Source: Planctomycetota bacterium
GTDB lineage: Bacteria > Planctomycetota > B15-G4
DNA: 64,000 bases
Assembly (NCBI GenBank): GCA_038212275.1
Contig: JBBQUR010000003.1
Span: 1 to 64,000 of the forward strand
Reading direction: 5' to 3'
Below are positions 28,149-36,717 of this stretch, in pieces; the first letter of the stretch is position 1; every line of letters begins with the position of its first letter. The notes below the pieces were generated by a model. It was not told the DNA's origin and did no database searches. It saw only the letters and a program-made list of their open reading frames with translations. The position numbers and the translations under genes are program-made.

Positions 28149-29242
28149 AGCGCGCCGCCTGCGCGGCGCTGCTGATCCTCGCGGGTTGCGGTGCGACGGC
28201 CGGTGACGTGACCGCCCCGGGCGTCGCCGCCGTGCGGCAGCCGCCGACAGCCGAACAGCGCGCGCCGCGCGCCGACCTCGTGCTGCCCGGCGAGACGCAC
28301 TTCAAGAGCGTGCGCCAGATGACTTTCGGCGGGCAGAACGCCGAGGCCTACTGGTCCTGGAACGACGACGCGCTCATTCTTCAGATCACCGATCCGCCCT
28401 CGCCGGCCTGCGACCAGATCTTCATCGCGGATGTCGAGTCGGGCTGGTTGCGGCAGGTCACGGACTCGGGTCGCAACACCTGCGCCTACTTCCTGCCGGG
28501 CGACGAGCGCATCCTCTTCGCGTCCACGGTGGAGGACTCGCCGGATTGCCCGCCGGAGCCCGACCGCAGTCAGGGCTACGTGTGGCCGCTGTACGAGTAC
28601 GACGTCTTCACCGCGAAGCGCGACGGCAGCGAGCGGCGCAACATCACGCATTCGCCGGGCTACGACGCCGAGGCCACCGTGGCGGCCGACGGGCGCATCG
28701 TGTTCACGTCCACGCGCAGCGGCGACATCGAGCTCTGGAGCATGAATGCCGAGGGCGGCGACCTGCGCCAGCTCACGCACGAGGTCGGCTACGACGGCGG
28801 CGCCTTCTTCAGTCCCGATGGCAAGCGCATGGTGTGGCGCGCGAGCCGGCCGACGAGCCCCGAAGCGCTGGCCGAATACACGGGGCTGCTGGCGAAGGGC
28901 CTCGTCAAGCCTTCCGTGATGGAGCTCTACATCGCTGATGCCGACGGCAGCAACGTGCGCCAGCTCACCGCCAATGGCAAGGCCAACTTCGCGCCGTACT
29001 TCACCCCGGACGGCCGCTCGATCCTCTTCGCGAGCAACATGGCCGACCCGCAGGGCCGCGCCTTCGAGATCTGGAAGATCGACGTCGACGGCGGCCACCT
29101 CGAGCAGATCACGCACGACCCCGGCTCGTTCGCTTCGTTCCCGATGTTCTCCCGCGACGGCCGCTGGCTGGCCTTCTCCAGCAATCGCAACGGCTCCGTC
29201 CCGCACGAGACCAATGTCTTCATCGCGGAATGGGCGCCGTAG
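28145..29242 (+). CDS. TolB-like PD40 beta-propeller lipoprotein
   Basis: Lipobox LAGC; GQNAEAYWS, YDAEAT, YDGGAFFSPDG, NFAPYFTPDG, FPMFSRDG repeats; TTG overlaps upstream TGA. Confidence 0.9.
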   Translation: MKRAACAALLILAGCGATAGDVTAPGVAAVRQPPTAEQRAPRADLVLPGETHFKSVRQMTFGGQNAEAYWSWNDDALILQITDPPSPACDQIFIADVESGWLRQVTDSGRNTCAYFLPGDERILFASTVEDSPDCPPEPDRSQGYVWPLYEYDVFTAKRDGSERRNITHSPGYDAEATVAADGRIVFTSTRSGDIELWSMNAEGGDLRQLTHEVGYDGGAFFSPDGKRMVWRASRPTSPEALAEYTGLLAKGLVKPSVMELYIADADGSNVRQLTANGKANFAPYFTPDGRSILFASNMADPQGRAFEIWKIDVDGGHLEQITHDPGSFASFPMFSRDGRWLAFSSNRNGSVPHETNVFIAEWAP

Positions 29243-29257
29243 TCGTGCGCCGCCGAC

Positions 29258-29329
29258 GCGGGCGGTGTGAGTGGCGCGGGCGGTGTGAGTGGCGCGGGCG
29301 GTGCGAGTGGCGAGGGCGGTGCGAGTGGC
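29258..29329 (+). repeat. Intergenic tandem repeat, 4 x 18 bp (GCGGGCGGTGYGAGTGGC)
   Basis: Four near-identical adjacent units with no spacers. Confidence 0.9.
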
Positions 29330-29409
29330 GCCGCGCGCACGCCGCAAAACCAGCGCTCGCGGCGTGATCACGAGGTTCGACGCGCGCGTCGTCGGTTAGA
29401 CTGGCCGCC

Positions 29410-30684
<1,275 letters not shown>

Positions 30685-30941
30685 GCATGGCCCGGCGCGG
30701 CGCAGGGAGGGTCTGATGGATCCCGCCTGCCCGTCGAGGCTGCCGAAGCGCTGGTCGGCGGCACGTGTCGATGCGGCACAGCTGCGTTGACCACCATCGG
30801 CCGGTGCAGGCTCTACCCGCAGCGCGCGAAATGCGCCACACTCGTTTCCCAATGAGCTCCCACACGCGCGGTTGGACTGCGCGACACCACGGACGGGCTC
30901 CGCGGGCTGGAATTCAAGGCATCTCTCACGGAGTCACGCTG

Positions 30942-31844
30942 ATGCGTCTCACCACGCCGCTTTCGCGCCTGTCGTCCCTCGTCGTCCTCGGCAGCCTTCT
31001 CGCCGGCAGCGGCTGCGTCCTGCACCTCGGCAACTGGTCGGACGACTCCTCGGAGATCTTCGGGCACAGCGTGTCCGGGCACGACGGCGTCCTGACCGTG
31101 GATGGAACGCGGCTGCCGTTCAATCGCTGGGTCGACATGTCGGCCGAGTATGCGGGCACGGAGACGCTGGAGCTCGGCACGGCATCGGATGCGATCCGCG
31201 TGAGCGGCGTCCCTGGCTCGACCGTCACGCTGAGGGCCCGGCTCTACAGCGAGATCGAGGGCGACGGCACGGCAGTCCTCGAACACGGCCGGCTGGTTGC
31301 CCGAAGCCAGGGCGGCGGCAAGGTGTTCATCAATGCCATCGAGGGCACGGTACCGGAAGGCACCGCGCTCAACGTGCGGAGCGGCACCGGTGAGATCGAG
31401 GTCTCGGCGCTTGCCGGCGAGGCCGCCCTCTCCATGTCCGACGGCACAGGCACGATGACACTGCACGACTGCACGGCGGGACCGATCATGCTCGACGGCG
31501 GCACGGGCGACTCGCACGTCCAGCGCATCGTGGCCGGCACCGTGAACGCCCACAGCGGCACGGGAGACGTCGTCATCGAGGATCTCACCGCCACCCTGGT
31601 GGGCATCGAGATCGGCACCGGCGACGTCAGCCTGGCGCGCTGCCATGCGACCAGGATCACGCTGGATGCCGGCACCGGCGACACGTCGATGACAGGCTGC
31701 GAGGCCGGCGTCCTGAAGTGCGAGAGCGGCACGGGCGACCTCGTGCTGGACGGCGGCAAGTACGAGGACGTGCGCTTCAGCAGCGGCACCGGCGATCTCA
31801 CGCAGCACAACAGCGTGGCCATCGGCAGCCTCAAGGTGGACTGA
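30942..31844 (+). CDS. DUF4097-type beta-strand-repeat (adhesin-like) lipoprotein
   Basis: Lipobox GSGC; eight xGTG(D/E/T) repeats about 19-21 aa apart. Confidence 0.8.
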   Translation: MRLTTPLSRLSSLVVLGSLLAGSGCVLHLGNWSDDSSEIFGHSVSGHDGVLTVDGTRLPFNRWVDMSAEYAGTETLELGTASDAIRVSGVPGSTVTLRARLYSEIEGDGTAVLEHGRLVARSQGGGKVFINAIEGTVPEGTALNVRSGTGEIEVSALAGEAALSMSDGTGTMTLHDCTAGPIMLDGGTGDSHVQRIVAGTVNAHSGTGDVVIEDLTATLVGIEIGTGDVSLARCHATRITLDAGTGDTSMTGCEAGVLKCESGTGDLVLDGGKYEDVRFSSGTGDLTQHNSVAIGSLKVD

Positions 31845-31972
31845 CGCTCCAGACGGGGGCTCGCGGAGACGATCCCGTCGAGGCCTCCGGGCATCGCGGA
31901 GACCGACGTGCGGCGCAGCACTGAGCAACGCCCTGCGCGCACAGCTTCCGTGAGACGAAACGCCTCGGCGGT

Positions 31973-32725
31973 TCAGCCTTGCGCGGCGTCGAGGGCTTCG
32001 ACGAGGAGCGCGGCCAGCACGGCATACGTGGCGTGCCCCTCGGCGGCCGTGGCCTCCGCGGGGCTGCCGAAGTACGCACGCGTGCCGCCGGCCTTCAGGA
32101 AGTCGTCGCGTCCGGCCGCGATCGCCTCGACGAGGCTGATCGTCACCGGCGGCAGCGAGGCGGCGACGTCTGACTTCACCGCGTCCGGATCGTCGGCCAG
32201 CACGAGCGAGCCTTCGTAGCGGCCCGCGTGGCAGGCGCCGCTGCGGAACTCATCGGTCAGGCGCTCCGCGCTGCGGCGCCGCGTGACGTCCGGAAACGCG
32301 ATGACCGCGCCGGTCTCGGTGGTGACGGCCTCACACGCAAGCTTCAAGCTCGCGATGTGCGCCGGCTCGAGGTGCCCGTTCGCGAGGGCCACCGGCGCGA
32401 AGCCGGCGCGCACGACGCCGACGAGCACGTCGCGCACCAGTGCAATGGCGGTGTCGCGGCGCACCGAGAGCGTGCCCGGAAACGGCGCCGCGTAATCCGT
32501 CACGGAGTACGTCACGGGAGGCAGCACCACGCAGGCACGTCCCTCCGCACGCAACCTCTCCGCCGCGCGCGTCGCCATGCCCAGCGCGATGGTGACATCG
32601 GTGTCCAGCGGCAGGTGCGGGCCGTGCGCCTCCGTGGAACCCACCGGGAGGATCGCCGCACAGCCGCCCGGCCGCGCGAGCAGCGCCGCGACGTCGGTGT
32701 AGGAGAGCTTGGCGAAGTCGGTCAC
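31973..32725 (-). CDS. Creatininase-family amidohydrolase
   Basis: LPVGSTEAHGPHLPLDTD, NGHLE, CHAGRYE; GTG start overlaps the ligase stop (GTGA). Confidence 0.9.
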   Translation of the reverse strand: MTDFAKLSYTDVAALLARPGGCAAILPVGSTEAHGPHLPLDTDVTIALGMATRAAERLRAEGRACVVLPPVTYSVTDYAAPFPGTLSVRRDTAIALVRDVLVGVVRAGFAPVALANGHLEPAHIASLKLACEAVTTETGAVIAFPDVTRRRSAERLTDEFRSGACHAGRYEGSLVLADDPDAVKSDVAASLPPVTISLVEAIAAGRDDFLKAGGTRAYFGSPAEATAAEGHATYAVLAALLVEALDAAQG

Positions 32726-34365
32726 GCGTCCTGCCGCGCCTTGAGGGTCTTGCGATCCACCTTGCCGCGATCGCTCTTCGGCAGCTCGTCGAGGAACTCG
32801 ATCCAGCGCGGGTATTTGTAGACGGCGAGCCTGCTCTTGACCCATTCCTGAAGCGCGTGGGAGAGCGCGTGCGTCGCGGCGACGTCCTTCGGCGCGTGGC
32901 CGGGGCGCAGCACGACGAAGGCCTTGGGCTTCACGAGATCGTCCTTGTCGCGCCAGCCGACGACGGCGGCCTCGGCCACGGCCTCGTGCTCCAGCAGGCA
33001 GCCCTCGATCTCGTGCGGCGCGCACCACACGCCGCCCACCTTGAGCAGCTCGTCGGCGCGGCCCTCGTAGAAGAAGTAGCCGTCCGCGTCCACGCGGAAC
33101 ATGTCGCCCGTGACGACGAGGTCACCGGCGAAGGTCTCCTTGGATTTCTCGTGCGCCTGCCAGTAGCAGAGCGCGGAGGACTCGCCGCGCACCTGCAGCC
33201 GCCCGACCTGGCCCGCGGGCACCGGCCTGCCGTCCGGATCCACGACGGAACACTCGTAGCCGGGCACCGCCTGCCCGAGGCTGCCGACGCGCACCGCGCC
33301 GGGCCGGTTGCTGATGTGGATGTGGAAGAGCTCCGCGCTCCCGATGCCGTCGAGGATCTCCACGCCGCAGCGCGCCAGCCACTGCTTCTGCAGCGCCTCG
33401 GGCAGCTTCTCGCCGGCGGAGAGCACGAGGCGCACGCTCGAGAGGTCGCGTGCGCCGCCCTCGGCCTCCAGCGCGAGCATCTTGCCGATCATCGTCGGCA
33501 CGGAGGTGAGGATGGTGGGGCGGTAGCGCTCGACGACGTCGAAAATGGTCTCCGGAGTGCTGCGCTCGCTGAACAGCGCGGTGCTCGCGCCGACCGCGAA
33601 GGGGAACATGAGGTTGGTGCCCGTCGCATAGCCGAAGAAGAGCTTGGGCACGCCGGCCGTCACGTCGTCCTCGCGGATGCCGAGCACCTGCTTTGCGTAG
33701 GTCTCGACGTTGAAGGCGAAGTCCTCGTGGAAGTGCACTGCGGCCTTGGGCTTGCCGGTGCTGCCGGAGGTGAAGAGCCAGCCGGCGATGTCGTGGAGGT
33801 GCGTGTCCTCCATGACCGGCGTGTGCGGCGCGTGCGCGACGAGGTCGAGCAGCGCGTGCTGTCCGGCCTCGACGTGCGGCCGCGTGCGGCTGGTCTCGCC
33901 GCCCGCGACGATCACGGCGCGCAGGTGCCGCGCCGAGCGCGCCAGCCGCGCGAACATCGGCGCAAGGCTCTCGTCCACGACGGCGATGCGGGCCCGCGTG
34001 TACTCCAGGTAGTAGGCGTAGTCCTCCTCGACGAGCTGCGTGTTCACCATGGCGAAGACCGCGCCGCACTTGAGCGTCGCGAACCACGCGTGGCAGAACT
34101 CCGGCCGGTCGGAGACCGCGATGAGCACGCGTTCCTCCATGCGCAGACCGAGCTCGCGGAAGGCGTGTGCCAACCGGTTGCTCGCCGCGGAGAGTCCCGC
34201 ATAGGTGTGGTTCTCGTCGCGCCAGCGCAGCGCGACCTTCTCGGCGCGGCCCGCCTCGAGATTGTGTTCGAGCAGGTAGTGCGCGAGGTTGAAGCGCTCG
34301 GGGAAGGCGGGCAGCGCGGGTGCGGCCGATGCCGCAGGCGTGCGTGGCGCGTCGGGCCGGGTCAT
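32722..34365 (-). CDS. Benzoate-CoA ligase family protein, probably anthranilate (2-aminobenzoate)-CoA ligase
   Basis: PERFNLA, WLFTSGSTGKPKAAVH, PKLFFGYATG, ILDGIGSAE, EGRADELLKVGG, PKSDRGKVDR; specificity inferred from context. Confidence 0.85.
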   Translation of the reverse strand: MTRPDAPRTPAASAAPALPAFPERFNLAHYLLEHNLEAGRAEKVALRWRDENHTYAGLSAASNRLAHAFRELGLRMEERVLIAVSDRPEFCHAWFATLKCGAVFAMVNTQLVEEDYAYYLEYTRARIAVVDESLAPMFARLARSARHLRAVIVAGGETSRTRPHVEAGQHALLDLVAHAPHTPVMEDTHLHDIAGWLFTSGSTGKPKAAVHFHEDFAFNVETYAKQVLGIREDDVTAGVPKLFFGYATGTNLMFPFAVGASTALFSERSTPETIFDVVERYRPTILTSVPTMIGKMLALEAEGGARDLSSVRLVLSAGEKLPEALQKQWLARCGVEILDGIGSAELFHIHISNRPGAVRVGSLGQAVPGYECSVVDPDGRPVPAGQVGRLQVRGESSALCYWQAHEKSKETFAGDLVVTGDMFRVDADGYFFYEGRADELLKVGGVWCAPHEIEGCLLEHEAVAEAAVVGWRDKDDLVKPKAFVVLRPGHAPKDVAATHALSHALQEWVKSRLAVYKYPRWIEFLDELPKSDRGKVDRKTLKARQDA

Positions 34366-34366
34366 C

Positions 34367-35206
34367 TCAGGCCTCCAGCACCGTGCGGACGGCCCACAGG
34401 TCGGGCAAGGCCTGACGCGAGAGCGTGGTGAGCAGGTAGCGGATGCCGTCCAGGTCTCCGGTGACGCCCTTGCCGGTGCCGGGCTTCGCGCCGATCTGCC
34501 GCTCGACCATCATGATGTGGTGCCGGCGCCAGAGCACGAGCTGCTCGTCGATGTCCACGAGCGCCTCGCACAGGTCGTAGAGCGCGGGGTGATCGTCGGG
34601 CTGCTCGTAGATGCGACGCAACGCGTCGAGCGAGGCGTTCTTCTGCGCTTCGGTGCGGTGATCGTCCGGCGGCGTGACGGTGAAGCCGCGCGCGCGCAGC
34701 AGGCGGTAGAGCGCGTCGGGAATCGTGTCGCCGTCGAAGCGCGCCTGCAGCGCGGCGATGCGCGGGTCGCTTTCGACGCGGCGGACGAGGTCCGCATCCT
34801 TGAGGCCCATGAGGCACTCGACCTCGCGGAATTGCGCCGACTGGAAACCGCTGGCCGGGTTGAGCTGCGCGCGGAAGTCCAGGAAGTCCGCGGGGCGCAT
34901 CGACTCCAGCACGTGGATCTGCTGCACGAGCACCTTGAAGATGGACTCCACGCGCTTCAGCAGGCGCGTGGCCGTGCGCAGCGGCGTGTCGTCCTCGGTC
35001 TCGGCGGCGGCATCGAGCGCGGCCTTCACGGCATCCAGTTCATGCAGGACGAGCTTGAACCACAGCTCGTAGACCTGATGCACGATGATGAACTGCAGCT
35101 CGTCGTGCGCCGGCGGGTTGGCCAGGGTGTGCTGAAGGCGGAGCAGCTCCGGCACCTTGAGGTAGACGGAGTAGCTGACGCGCGCGTCCTTGCCGTAGTC
35201 GGTCAC
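34367..35206 (-). CDS. kynA: Tryptophan 2,3-dioxygenase
   Basis: YSVYLKVPELLRLQ, HDELQFIIVHQVYELWFK, PASGFQSAQFREVE, WRRHHIMMVERQIGAKPGTG. Confidence 0.95.
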   Translation of the reverse strand: MTDYGKDARVSYSVYLKVPELLRLQHTLANPPAHDELQFIIVHQVYELWFKLVLHELDAVKAALDAAAETEDDTPLRTATRLLKRVESIFKVLVQQIHVLESMRPADFLDFRAQLNPASGFQSAQFREVECLMGLKDADLVRRVESDPRIAALQARFDGDTIPDALYRLLRARGFTVTPPDDHRTEAQKNASLDALRRIYEQPDDHPALYDLCEALVDIDEQLVLWRRHHIMMVERQIGAKPGTGKGVTGDLDGIRYLLTTLSRQALPDLWAVRTVLEA

Positions 35207-35265
35207 ATCGGTTCTCGCGGGGAGGCAGAACCGACGTTGTCGCCCCGCGCCGCGGGGGCTGTCAA
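35207..35265 (-). promoter_or_regulatory. Candidate sigma-70 promoter and leader hairpin of kynA
   Basis: Minus strand: TTGACA (35265-35260), 18 nt, GACAAC, then hairpin TCGGTTCT...AGAACCGA next to the GTG start. Confidence 0.4.
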
Positions 35266-35279
35266 GGAGCGCTCACGCC

Positions 35280-36575
35280 TCACGGGCCGGTCGGGTAGAT
35301 GTACTCTCCGTTCGGCAGCACGAGCCACGTCTTCTGCTCGGGGTCGTTCTTCCACTTCGCCGCTTCGGCCAGGCCTTCGGCCGTGCATGCGGGGAGGCCC
35401 AGCATCTTGCCGGCGATGAGCATCGAACGCACCTCCCACGGTCCCAGATACGACTCCGTCACGATGCCTGCGGGCGTCAGGTCGTACCAGGTCGCGACCT
35501 TGTCCACCGTGCACGCCTTGCCGGGCACGAGCGATTGCAGCAGCGCCAGCTTCTGCGACTGGACCTTGAGGGCGACGATGATCGCCTGCTGGTATTCCCC
35601 GGGCGGCATGATCACGGCCAGGTCGAAGAGCGCCGGCATCGCCCAGCAGACGGAGTTGTAGACCTGCAGTTCGCCGCCCTTGCTCGGGTCGTTCGACGGC
35701 GGCGTGCTCCAGTGCGGGAGGAGACGCGACCAGATGTAGTCGCCGATGGTCTGCGCGTCGGCCATGTCGATGCTGCCGACCTTCAGCGCCGCGACCACGT
35801 TGCCCACGAGGTACCGCGCCGCGCGATCGCTGACGACGTAGGGCGTGAGCGCGCCGTTGGCGTTGCGCAACATGCCGGCGTGAGCGGCCATGAGGCTGCG
35901 CACCATGGCGCGCGCGACCTCGTTGGAGGGGAGGCCGCCGGAGAAGCCGGGCGTCGCCGTCGAGTAGCCGTTGCTGCGCGCGACCGCGATCAGCGGCGAG
36001 AGGGCGAAGTGCTCGAGGTCGAAGCCCGACACGGCCACGCCGGCGACCAGCTGGGAACCATCGGGCAGGGCACCCGCTTCGAGATCCGGCAACCAGTCGA
36101 TCGGCCGGCAGCCGACGACGTAGCTCGTGAACCGCGCCGGCGCGTGCTCGTAGTAGGCCGGCCGCGCGCCGTAGTTGGCCACGACAGCACGGATCCAATC
36201 CGGCGTGAGGAGATGGTCATGGCGCCATCCATAGGCCGACTGTCCGCCCGTGTCCGACGCCGTGACGTGCATGCCGCCGAGGGTCCACGCGAGCGACCCG
36301 GTCGGAATGCCCTGCGCGAGTGACAGCGCGCTGAAGGTCGGATTGATCGAAGTCCATGTTGTTGCCGAGCCCGCACTCGAAGCGCCCGGATTCTGCGCGT
36401 TGAGATCGACGACGGTGAGCGCAACCGCCGCGATGAGCGTCATCCCGAGACCTGAGCGGCGCAGCAGAGCGGATCCCGCGCGCTGCATCCGTTTCGCTTT
36501 GCTCACCCATGATGGGCCGGCTGCCACCAAGTTCATTGCACTCTGATGGTCTGTTCGACGCCGGTCATTGGTCAT
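35280..36575 (-). CDS. Hypothetical, probably secreted protein with no family recognised
   Basis: Long ORF with GC3 bias in its 3' two-thirds, signal-like MTLIAAVALTVVDLNA-Q; start uncertain. Confidence 0.65.
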   Translation of the reverse strand: MTNDRRRTDHQSAMNLVAAGPSWVSKAKRMQRAGSALLRRSGLGMTLIAAVALTVVDLNAQNPGASSAGSATTWTSINPTFSALSLAQGIPTGSLAWTLGGMHVTASDTGGQSAYGWRHDHLLTPDWIRAVVANYGARPAYYEHAPARFTSYVVGCRPIDWLPDLEAGALPDGSQLVAGVAVSGFDLEHFALSPLIAVARSNGYSTATPGFSGGLPSNEVARAMVRSLMAAHAGMLRNANGALTPYVVSDRAARYLVGNVVAALKVGSIDMADAQTIGDYIWSRLLPHWSTPPSNDPSKGGELQVYNSVCWAMPALFDLAVIMPPGEYQQAIIVALKVQSQKLALLQSLVPGKACTVDKVATWYDLTPAGIVTESYLGPWEVRSMLIAGKMLGLPACTAEGLAEAAKWKNDPEQKTWLVLPNGEYIYPTGP

Positions 36576-36717
36576 GGTGCTACCGCCAGAGGTGCCTGTC
36601 GAATTCGTGACGCGCGGTAAACAACGAAGGCTGCGCAAGGGTGCGTGACAAAAAAATCTGCTGAGGCACTCGACCCGCAGTCACGCACCTGAAGCGAGCG
36701 CATGCGTCGATGCGTCC

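Noticed and set aside
29258..29329. Repeat arrays (also 57781-57821 and 37151-37240) as CRISPR
   Set aside because: Units are contiguous with no unique spacers, too short, and no cas genes are present.
36576..36587. ops-like element GGCGGTAG on the minus strand
   Set aside because: Lacks the nnTG extension and precedes a single gene; likely chance at this GC content.
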